This document shows, piece by piece, positions 32,129 through 39,216 of a stretch of 50,679 nucleotides of DNA. The stretch spans positions 1,415 to 52,093 of the forward strand of contig MGMJ01000044.1 of assembly GCA_001794945.1 (NCBI GenBank), read 5' to 3'. The translations under genes and the position numbers were made by a program. Within the stretch, counting starts at the first letter, position 1, and every line of letters begins with the position of its first letter. Origin of the DNA: Chloroflexi bacterium GWC2_73_18. Its GTDB lineage: Bacteria; Chloroflexota; Limnocylindria; Limnocylindrales; CSP1-4. The notes under the pieces were generated by a model. It did no database searches. It saw only the letters and a program-made list of their open reading frames with translations, and was not told where the DNA came from.

Positions 32129-33721
32129 GTGGGCGTTCTCTACCTCGAGATCGATGACGAGATCACCTCGGCGGCGGCAAGGCTGCGGGCGGCCGCAGCC
32201 GGGCCGGTGGCGCTCGTCCTGCCGGCCGGCTCGCATCTGGCCAGCAGCCGCATCAACTTCCGGCTCCTGGCGCGCGAGGCGGCGGCGCGCGGCCAGGCGC
32301 TCGCCATCGTGTCGCCCGAGGCGGCGGCGCGGGCGCTCGCGCTGGCGGCGGCGCTGCCGGCCTACGCCACGGTGCGGGAGTACGAGGCGGCGGCCGCGGA
32401 GGGGTCGGCGGCGGCGCCGGGCGCGGCCGCCGGCGGGCCGGTCCCGACGGTCGAGGCCGAGGCGCCGGGCGAGGAGGAGGCGGCGCCGGCGGCGGCCGGT
32501 GCCCGCCCGGCCGCGGCGGCGGCACTGCCGGTCGTGCGCGGCGAGGCGCGGCGCGGGGAGCGGCCGTCCCGCCGCCGCTGGCTGGCGGTCGGGCTCCTCC
32601 TGCTCATCGTCGCCGGTGGCGGCGGTGGCGCGGCCGCCTACTTCGTCGTCCCCGAGGCGCGGGTCACGGTGACCCCGCGCCTGGAGGCGATCGGGCCGGT
32701 CAGCTTCAGCGTGACCGCCGATCCGGAAGCGACCGCGGTCGACGCCGCGGCGGGGATCGTGCCGGCCGAGCGGCCGACGCTGCGGGTGGAGGCGAGCGGC
32801 ACCTACGAGGCGAGCGGCGTCCGCGTGGACGAGACCAAGGCGTCGGGCGTGGCGCGCTTCCGCAGCGAGAACACCCTCTTCGACGTCACCGTACCGGCGG
32901 GGACACGCCTCTCGACCGCTTCCGGCGCCGGCTTCGTGACCACCGCCGCGGCGGTCGTCCCGAAGGCCTCGTTCGCCACCGGTCCCACCGCCCGGGACGT
33001 CACCATCGAGGCGATCGATCCCGGCCCCGCCGGGAACGTCCCCGCCGGAGCGATCACGCGCGAGCCCTCCACGCTCGCCGCCGCGCTGGTCACCGTCTCC
33101 AACCCCTCGGCCACGACCGGCGGGTCGCGCACCGAGGTGAAGCTCATCGCCCAGGAGGACTATGATGCCGCGGTCGTCGACCTCCAGGCGAAGCTGGACG
33201 AGGCCTTCCGGGCCCGCCTCGTCACCACCACGACGACACCCGAGGGTTCACGCATCTTCCCTGACACCGCGCGCCTGGGGGCCGCCACCTTCGACCCCGA
33301 GCCGGCCGTCGTCGTCGGCAGCGAGGCGGAGTCCTTCGTACTGGTCGCCAGGGCGAACGGCCGGGCGAGCGCGGTCGACCTCGACCAGATCGACCGGCTC
33401 GGCGCCGAGCGGCTGCGGGGCGAAGTGGCGTCCGGCCTCGTCCTGCTCGAGGACTCACTGAAGGTGGAGTGGAGTCCGGGGGGTGGATCAGACCCGAGCC
33501 AGGTCGTCTTCGAGGTGACCGCGCAAGGGAGTGGCTACCGCCGGATCGACGCCGCCGCACTCAAGGCGGCGATCGTCGGCCGGCCGCTCGGCGAGGCGCT
33601 GGGGATCCTCGCCGGCTATGGCGAGGCGCGGGTCGAGCTGACGCCCGACTGGTTCGGGCGGATCCCCTCGCTCGACTTCCGGGTCGTCGTCGAAGTCGCG
33701 CCGGTGCCGGAGGCGCCGTGA
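32129..33721 (+). CDS. Bitopic membrane protein: conserved cytoplasmic N-domain, Ala/Pro/Glu-rich linker, one TM segment, extracytoplasmic baseplate-J/gp47-like domain
   Basis: The N-domain reads LYLEIDDEITSAAARLRAAAAGPVALVLPAGSHLASSRINFRLLAREAAARGQALAIVSPE. The TM segment is WLAVGLLLLIVAGGGGGAAAYFVV. The ectodomain (GVARFRSENTLFDVTVPAGTRLSTASGAGFVTT...VTIEAIDPGPAGNVPAGAITREPS...VTVSNPSATTGGSRTE) fits the Baseplate_J pattern (v.iPaGt.l.t..G..f.t...v.v.A...G..gNv.ag.I...v.N....tGG). GTG 32129 lies 2 nt after the FtsA-like stop, and its own stop overlaps the ruvX GTG. Confidence 0.7.
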   Translation: MGVLYLEIDDEITSAAARLRAAAAGPVALVLPAGSHLASSRINFRLLAREAAARGQALAIVSPEAAARALALAAALPAYATVREYEAAAAEGSAAAPGAAAGGPVPTVEAEAPGEEEAAPAAAGARPAAAAALPVVRGEARRGERPSRRRWLAVGLLLLIVAGGGGGAAAYFVVPEARVTVTPRLEAIGPVSFSVTADPEATAVDAAAGIVPAERPTLRVEASGTYEASGVRVDETKASGVARFRSENTLFDVTVPAGTRLSTASGAGFVTTAAAVVPKASFATGPTARDVTIEAIDPGPAGNVPAGAITREPSTLAAALVTVSNPSATTGGSRTEVKLIAQEDYDAAVVDLQAKLDEAFRARLVTTTTTPEGSRIFPDTARLGAATFDPEPAVVVGSEAESFVLVARANGRASAVDLDQIDRLGAERLRGEVASGLVLLEDSLKVEWSPGGGSDPSQVVFEVTAQGSGYRRIDAAALKAAIVGRPLGEALGILAGYGEARVELTPDWFGRIPSLDFRVVVEVAPVPEAP

Positions 33722-34176
33722 CGCGCGTGCTGGGGATCGACCTGGGGGAGCGCCGCATCGGGATCGCCGTCTCCGATGACGAGGCACGAGCGGCACGGCC
33801 GCTGGCGACGCTCCGGCGGGGGTCGCCCGGGGCCGACGCGCGTGCGCTGGTAGGGCTCGCTGGCGAGCACGGTGCCGTGGAGCTGGTCGTCGGCCTGCCC
33901 CTCGAGGCGGATGGGAGCGACGGTCCGCAGGCCCGGCTGACGCGGGAGTGGGCGGCGGCCCTCGGCGCCGCGAGCGGGCTTGCGGTCTGCTTCCGCGACG
34001 AGCGCGAGACGAGCCTGCGCGCGGAGGCGCGGCTGGGAGCGCCGCGGCGTGGCCGGGCCGGTGGGCCGCCGACCGCGGCGCAACGCGGTGCCAGGCGCGC
34101 CCGGGTGGACCGCGAGGCGGCCGCGCTCATCCTCCAGGCGGAGCTGGACGGGCGTCATGGGGTCTCCGGCCGGTGA
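33718..34176 (+). CDS. ruvX: Putative pre-16S rRNA nuclease / Holliday-junction-resolvase-like YqgF
   Basis: The translation is VLGIDLGERRIGIAVSD...ELVVGLPL..DGS.GPQA...W...DERETS..A. GTG 33718 overlaps the upstream stop (GTGA). Confidence 0.85.
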   Translation: MTRVLGIDLGERRIGIAVSDDEARAARPLATLRRGSPGADARALVGLAGEHGAVELVVGLPLEADGSDGPQARLTREWAAALGAASGLAVCFRDERETSLRAEARLGAPRRGRAGGPPTAAQRGARRARVDREAAALILQAELDGRHGVSGR

Positions 34177-34298
34177 GCGGGCCCCGGCGACCGGTGGGCG
34201 GGCAGGCACGCCCCCGTGAGGTCGGTGGGATCCGATCCGGGCGGTTCGACCCGCGTGGCGCGGGCGGTGAGGGGAGCCGGGTCGTACGCGGGCGTGGC

Positions 34299-35516
34299 AT
34301 GCGCCAGGCGGGCGGCGACGGTGGCGGGCGTTTCGGCTGGCTCCGCTTCCTCATCTTCGCCGTCGGCCTGGCGGCGACCGTCGTCGTCCTCTTCCTCGCC
34401 ATCGCCGGTCCCGCCATCGGCGACGCCTTCCGGGACCTGGCGAGCAGGAACCCCGAGGCGCTGCGCCTCCCCTTCGTGGCCGACATCGTCCGCAACGAGC
34501 TGGGACCGGACCTTGCCGAGCCGGCCGGCACCGACCCCACCGAGATCCGCTTCGAGGTGCTTCCCGGCTTGACCGCCGTCGAGATCGGGGCGCAGCTCGA
34601 GGAGGCCGGCCTGCTTCGTGACGGGCTCGCCTTCACCTACCTGGTCGTCACCCAGGGCCTCGCCGGCGAGATCGAGGCGGGGACCTACAAGTTGCGTGCC
34701 ACCATGACGCCGGCCGAGATCGTCAAGCGACTTCAGCAGGCCCCGATCGTGACGGTGACGGTGCCGCTCCGCGAGGGGCTGCGTGTCGAGCAGGTGACGG
34801 CGAAGCTCCTCACACTGCCGCTGGAGATGGACGTCGCCATGTTCTACGGACTGGTGCAGCACCCCTCGGAGCAGTTGCTGGCCGACTACCCGTGGATCGG
34901 CCTGCCGGCCGGGCGAAGCCTGGAGGGATACCTCGCCCCCGCCACCTACGAGGTCGAGCCCGACATCGAGCCGGGGGCGCTCCTGCGCCTGATGCTCGAC
35001 CGCTTCCACGACGAGATCGGCCAGGAGACCCTCGACGAGATCACCGCCCAGGGCCGCAGCCTGTACGAGATCCTGACGCTCGCCTCGATCGTGGAGCTGG
35101 AGACGCCGCTCGACGAGGAGCGCCCGCTCATCGCCGGCGTCTACCAGAACCGGCTCGACCGCGAGATGCTCCTCAACGCCGATCCGACCGTCCTCTATGC
35201 GCGCGACACGGTCGAGCTGGAGAAGGTGACGCTCCCCGACTGGGTCAGCTACTACTTCTGGAACCGCCTCGACGTGCCGCTGGCGGAGTACCAGGTCCCC
35301 GAGGCCCTGCAGGGTTACCAGACCTACCAGGTCCGTGGGCTGATCCCCGGGCCGATCTGCACCCCCACGCGCCCCTCGATCGCGGCGGCCATCGCCCCCG
35401 ACACGGAGACCGGCTTCCTCTACTTCGTCGCCATCCCCGACGGCGGCGGCAAGCACGCCTTCGCCAAGACGCTCGAGGAGCACGAGGCGAACCTCAGGAA
35501 GTACGGCTACCTGTGA
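34299..35516 (+). CDS. mltG: Endolytic murein transglycosylase MltG (YceG family)
   Basis: The evidence is an N-terminal TM segment (WLRFLIFAVGLAATVVVLFLAIA), a LysM-like region, the catalytic region ILTLASIVELE, and YQTYQVRGLIPGPICTP (the family pattern is YNTY..GLPPGPI.nP). An alternative in-frame GTG start is at 34194. Confidence 0.85.
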   Translation: MRQAGGDGGGRFGWLRFLIFAVGLAATVVVLFLAIAGPAIGDAFRDLASRNPEALRLPFVADIVRNELGPDLAEPAGTDPTEIRFEVLPGLTAVEIGAQLEEAGLLRDGLAFTYLVVTQGLAGEIEAGTYKLRATMTPAEIVKRLQQAPIVTVTVPLREGLRVEQVTAKLLTLPLEMDVAMFYGLVQHPSEQLLADYPWIGLPAGRSLEGYLAPATYEVEPDIEPGALLRLMLDRFHDEIGQETLDEITAQGRSLYEILTLASIVELETPLDEERPLIAGVYQNRLDREMLLNADPTVLYARDTVELEKVTLPDWVSYYFWNRLDVPLAEYQVPEALQGYQTYQVRGLIPGPICTPTRPSIAAAIAPDTETGFLYFVAIPDGGGKHAFAKTLEEHEANLRKYGYL

Positions 35517-35592
35517 GTGGCCGGCGTCTTCGCGCCGTCGCCGAGGGGGTGTGCCGGCCACCTCGGATCGGAGTACCCGGCCCAAAGGCCGG
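35517..35592 (+). terminator. Two GC hairpins after mltG (gtggccggc...gccggccac, 35517-35561; ccggcc-caaa-ggccgg, 35577-35592)
   Basis: Inverted repeats read from the sequence, starting 1 nt after the mltG stop. Confidence 0.35.
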
Positions 35593-35619
35593 CAGCGGGA
35601 GCGGCGGGCCTCGCGGCTC

Positions 35620-35649
35620 TTGACCGGCGGCGCACAATGGGCCCATCCT
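35620..35649 (+). promoter_or_regulatory. Possible sigma-70-type promoter for the repeat-protein gene (TTGACC, 18 nt, CATCCT)
   Basis: A near-consensus -35 (TTGACC, 35620-35625) lies in a 260-nt intergenic region. The -10 is weak. The downstream gene has a GAGGGAGG Shine-Dalgarno 9 nt before ATG 35777. Confidence 0.25.
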
Positions 35650-35776
35650 GGGCGGGAGGCGTCGACGCGCGGTCCATCCATCAGCCACGGTCGCCCCCCT
35701 GACCGCGCCGAGCCACTGGCGAGCCCGGCCCGCCCGGCTGGGTGGGGCTGCGCGCCCCCGAGGGAGGGTCCTCGCC

Positions 35777-36949
35777 ATGGCCATCGAGACCGCCGTTCCC
35801 CGTTCCCGTCGCGCCCTCCTCGCCGCCTCGCTGGGCGGCCTCGCCGCCCTGGCGGCACAGGCCCTGGGGCGTCCGTTGCCGACCCGTGCCGCCAACGGCG
35901 ACCCGGTGACCGTGGGCGGCACGTTGAGCGGCACGGCGATCACCAAGATCGCCAACAGCACCAACAGCAACACCGTCTTCTGGGGCGCCAGCAGCAGCGG
36001 GGTCGGCGTCTACGGCACCAGCAGCTCCTCCAGCGGCGTCCGCGGCGAGAGCAGCGGCGGGCGCGGCGTCTACGGCCTCAGCGGCGGTGACACCGGTGTC
36101 TTTGGCGAGAGCAGCGCGGTCGGGGTCTACGGCACCAGCAGCGGCATCGGCGAAAACGGGGTCGGCGTCTACGGCTACAGCAACTCCGCCTACGGCGTCC
36201 TTGGCCAGAGCGGCTCCTTCACCGGCGTCTACGGCATCAGCACGAGCGGGGTCGGCGTCGTGGGCGAGAGCAGCGCGGTCACCGGCGTCGAAGGCACCGC
36301 CACAAGTGGGGTCGGCGTTTCCGGCACGAGCAGCTCCTCCTACGGCGTGTACGGCACGAGCAGCTCCCTCTACGGCGTCTACGGCATCAGCACCTCGTCC
36401 TACGGCGTCCTCGGCCGGAGCCTCGCCCCGGACCGGCCGGCGATCGTCGGCCGGTCGAATGGCGACAACACGGGCATCCTCGGCTACTCGGGTTCCGGCG
36501 CCGTGCCCACCTCGCCCACCAAGACGGGCGTCTTCGGCTACGCCGTGCAGGACGCGGCGTCGCGCGGGGTGACGGGGCGCACGACCGAGGGCCGCGGCGT
36601 CAACGGGATGGCCACGACGGGCCGTGGCGTCTACGGCTACGCCAGCTCCGGGGTCGGCGTCTACGCCACCTGCGGGACCGGGGGGACCGCCCTCCAGGCC
36701 CAGGGCCCCGTCCACTTCAGCAGCGCCGGGCTGGCAGCCATCGCCAGCGGTACGAGCGACGTGACCGTGACGCCGGGGATCGATCTCGGCAGCGGCACCA
36801 AGGTGCTGGTCACGCTCATGGGCAACCCCGGCAGCACCGCCACCGTCGTCCACCGCGTCGCCGTGCACCCGCTCGCCGACTCGTTCACCGTCTACCTCAC
36901 CGGCACCGCCACTGGCGACACGAGGGTCGCCTGGTTCGTCATCAGCTAG
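35777..36949 (+). CDS. Tat-signal secreted protein with ~21 decapeptide S-x-x-G-V-(Y)-G repeats and a conserved ~90-aa C-terminal domain ending WFVIS (uncharacterised family)
   Basis: A twin-arginine signal is present: MAIETAVPRSRRALLAASLGGLAALAAQALG...TRA/AN. Residues ~72-297 are repeats such as SSSGVGVYGT, SSSSSGVRGE, SSGGRGVYGL, SGGDTGVFGE...SSSSYGVYGT, SSSLYGVYGI, STSSYGVLGR. The C-terminal domain reads VHFSSAGLAAIASGTSDVTVTPGIDLGSGTKVLVTLMGNPGSTATVVHRVAVHPLADSFTVYLTGTATGDTRVAWFVIS*. Two paralogous remnants lie at 21043-22416. Confidence 0.85.
   Translation: MAIETAVPRSRRALLAASLGGLAALAAQALGRPLPTRAANGDPVTVGGTLSGTAITKIANSTNSNTVFWGASSSGVGVYGTSSSSSGVRGESSGGRGVYGLSGGDTGVFGESSAVGVYGTSSGIGENGVGVYGYSNSAYGVLGQSGSFTGVYGISTSGVGVVGESSAVTGVEGTATSGVGVSGTSSSSYGVYGTSSSLYGVYGISTSSYGVLGRSLAPDRPAIVGRSNGDNTGILGYSGSGAVPTSPTKTGVFGYAVQDAASRGVTGRTTEGRGVNGMATTGRGVYGYASSGVGVYATCGTGGTALQAQGPVHFSSAGLAAIASGTSDVTVTPGIDLGSGTKVLVTLMGNPGSTATVVHRVAVHPLADSFTVYLTGTATGDTRVAWFVIS
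35990..36415 (+). repeat. Coding tandem array of 14 units of ~30 bp (AGCAGC-N8-10-GGCGTCTACGGCAnC)
   Basis: Read directly from the sequence. The units are 27-42 bp, mostly 30 bp, and recur with GGCGTCTACGGC cores. More degenerate units continue to about 36667. Confidence 0.85.
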
Positions 36950-36950
36950 A

Positions 36951-36977
36951 CGGCTCCCGCTCGCCTCTTCGGAGCCG
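36951..36977 (+). terminator. GC hairpin directly after the repeat-protein gene (7-bp stem cggctcc/ggagccg, 13-nt loop)
   Basis: An inverted repeat starting 2 nt after the TAG stop. Confidence 0.35.
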
Positions 36978-37078
36978 CGCTCCGCGCCGTCGCCGGGGCG
37001 CCTCTGTGCCTCGTCGGCGCGCTATCCTCCCGCGATGACCATCGCCCGCGTGCCTACCAGCAATCTGTACGGCTGCCA

Positions 37079-38302
37079 GTGAGCGGCCGATGGAGTCGCG
37101 TCCGCCCGGCCGATCTTGAGCGCTGGGCCGCGGCCGATCTGGCTGCGCGGCCGGCGCGACTGGCGCGGCTGCGCCAGCGGATGGCGGCCGAGGGCGTGGA
37201 CGCCTGCTTCACCGTCCGCCGCGAGAACATCCGCTACCTGACCGGCTTCGGGCTCGCCGACGGCGAGGAGAAGGTGGCCGGCCATTCCGGGCAGTCGTTC
37301 GTCAGCGGCGACGAGGTCGTCGTGCTGGCCGACTCGCGCTACACGATCCAGGCCCGGGAGCAGGCGCCGGAGGCGCGGGTCGAGAGCTGCGGCTACGACC
37401 TGCGCGCCCGCTGGAAGGAGCTGGTCCGCACGCTCCGGCCGCTCGACCGGCGGCGTCGCCGAGTCCGACGCCTGGCCATCGAGGCCGGCTTCGTCTCGCA
37501 CGCGCTGTGGGATCGCCTCGCCGCCGCGGCGCCCGACGTCGAACTGGTGCCGGCGGAAGGCTGGGTGGAGGAGCAGCGGGCGGCGAAGGAGCCGGCCGAG
37601 GTCGAGCGGATCGCCGCTGCCTGCGTTCTCGGTGACGCAGCGCTGACGGCGCTCCTGCCGGCGATCCGGCCCGGTGTCACCGAGGCCGAGCTCGCCTGGG
37701 AGCTGGAGGCCTGGCTGCGCACCCATGGCGCCGAGGCGCTCGCCTTCCCGGTCGCCTGCCTGGCCGGCGAGCGGGCGGCCCTGCCGCACGGCTCTCCCGG
37801 CGGGCGCCGGATCCGCCGCGGCGAGGTGCTCCTCTTCGATTTCGGGGCGCAGGTCGCCGGGTACCGGAGCGACATGACACGGACGCTCTTCGTCGGTGAG
37901 CCGCGGCGGCGCGACCGCGCGATCCACGAGCTGGTGGCCCGCGCCCAGGAGGCGTCGTTCGCCACGCTGGGAGACGCCCTCGCTCGCGGCCGGTCGATCT
38001 CCGGCCGGGAGGTCGATGCGGCCGCTCGCGCCGTCATCGTTGCTGGCGGCCACGGCGACCACTTCGGCCACGGGACGGGCCACGGGATCGGTCTCGCCAC
38101 CCACGAGCTGCCGGCGCTGAGCGCGTCGGCTCCGGAGGGTGAGCCGCTCCCATCGCCCACCGTCTTCTCCGTCGAACCCGGGGTCTACCTTGACGGTGTG
38201 TGCGGCGTGCGGATCGAGGACCTGGTCGTCTACGAGGCCGCTCAAGGGCGCCTCGAACGGCTGACCCGCTTCCCGCGGGAGGTGACGGTCGTCGGGGAGT
38301 AG
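37079..38302 (+). CDS. Xaa-Pro aminopeptidase/dipeptidase (peptidase M24B)
   Basis: A creatinase-like N-domain is followed by a pita-bread catalytic domain with metal ligands (LLFDFGAQVAGYRSDMTRT; HGTGHGIGLATHE; VFSVEPGVY; GVRIEDLVV). It lies upstream of efp, like yqhT-efp in Bacillus. Confidence 0.9.
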   Translation: MSGRWSRVRPADLERWAAADLAARPARLARLRQRMAAEGVDACFTVRRENIRYLTGFGLADGEEKVAGHSGQSFVSGDEVVVLADSRYTIQAREQAPEARVESCGYDLRARWKELVRTLRPLDRRRRRVRRLAIEAGFVSHALWDRLAAAAPDVELVPAEGWVEEQRAAKEPAEVERIAAACVLGDAALTALLPAIRPGVTEAELAWELEAWLRTHGAEALAFPVACLAGERAALPHGSPGGRRIRRGEVLLFDFGAQVAGYRSDMTRTLFVGEPRRRDRAIHELVARAQEASFATLGDALARGRSISGREVDAAARAVIVAGGHGDHFGHGTGHGIGLATHELPALSASAPEGEPLPSPTVFSVEPGVYLDGVCGVRIEDLVVYEAAQGRLERLTRFPREVTVVGE

Positions 38303-38570
38303 GCCGCCCCCGGCGCGTCGCAGGAGCGTCGCCGACGTTTCTGCGTCGCACGAAGAGGGTTCGTCTTACGGGCGGACCCCGATCGCCGTGGCCATCCAGG
38401 GCACGCCTCGTCGCCGGCGCCGCACGAGCGGCCGCGGCGACGCCACGGGCGCGGCCGGCCTCGTCAGGGGCCCCCATCGCACATGACACGAAGCCCCTTC
38501 GTATCCCGTGCAAAGCGCCCGCCCTCGCCCGCAGGTCGGCTGGTTCGTCATCGGGTCGAGCGGTCTCGGC

Positions 38571-38576
38571 TAGAAT
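38571..38576 (+). promoter_or_regulatory. Candidate -10 hexamer TAGAAT upstream of efp
   Basis: This is the most AT-rich hexamer in a 345-nt intergenic region. It lies 72 nt upstream of ATG 38649, which has its own AGGAGA Shine-Dalgarno (38631-38636). Confidence 0.3.
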
Positions 38577-38648
38577 CCTGGTCCATCTCGACGACCCGCT
38601 GGCGGGCATCGGCCAGCCGCGCGCCACCGACAGGAGAAGCCCACCTCC

Positions 38649-39206
38649 ATGGTCTCGACCGGCGACCTGCGCAAGGGGATCGCCATCGAGCTCGACGGCG
38701 AGCTCTGGCAGGTCCTCGACTACCACCACATCAAGATGGGCCGCGGCTCGGCGCAGGTGCGGATCAAGCTGCGCAACGTCAAGAAGGGCCAGACGATCGA
38801 GCGAAGCTTCCAGGCCGGGGAGAAGTGGCCGCGTGCCTGGCTCGACCGACGGTCGATCCAGTACCTCTACCGCGATGGCGACGACTTCCACTTCATGGAC
38901 GCGGAGTCGTTCGAGCAGTTCTCGCTGAGCGCCGAGCAGCTCGACGATTCCGTCAGCTTCCTGAAGGAGGGGATGACCCTCGACCGCGTCAACTATGAGG
39001 GCGAGACGATCGGGGTCGAGCTGCCGGTCACGGTCGACCTGGTGGTGACCCAGACCGAGCCGGGCTTCGCCGGCGACACCCAGACCGGCGCCCGCAAGCA
39101 GGCGACCCTCGAGACCGGGCATGTCGTCATGGTGCCGCTCTTCGTCGACGCCGGCGACACGATCCGCGTCGACACACGGACCGGGGAGTACCAGACCCGC
39201 GTCTAG
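38649..39206 (+). CDS. efp: Elongation factor P (Arg32-type tip loop, KMGRGSA)
   Basis: The translation is MVSTGDLRKGIAIELDGELWQVLDYHHIKMGRGSAQVRIKLRNVKKG...GDTQTGARKQATLETGHVVMVPLFVDAGDTIRVDTRTGEYQTRV. Confidence 0.95.
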   Translation: MVSTGDLRKGIAIELDGELWQVLDYHHIKMGRGSAQVRIKLRNVKKGQTIERSFQAGEKWPRAWLDRRSIQYLYRDGDDFHFMDAESFEQFSLSAEQLDDSVSFLKEGMTLDRVNYEGETIGVELPVTVDLVVTQTEPGFAGDTQTGARKQATLETGHVVMVPLFVDAGDTIRVDTRTGEYQTRV

Positions 39207-39216
39207 CGGGTCGGCC

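Noticed and set aside
38535-38555. The string gtcggctggttcgtcatcggg (V-G-W-F-V-I-G) in the pepP-efp gap resembles the VAWFVIS C-terminus of the repeat-protein family. This suggested a fourth, eroded copy.
   Set aside because: The nucleotide match is essentially the only way this genome encodes W-F-V-I/M. The same ctggttcgtcat string occurs in the unrelated CAP-domain gene (3149-3160). Upstream similarity to the family is weak (isolated SSYG and AIQ strings) and does not keep the expected spacing.
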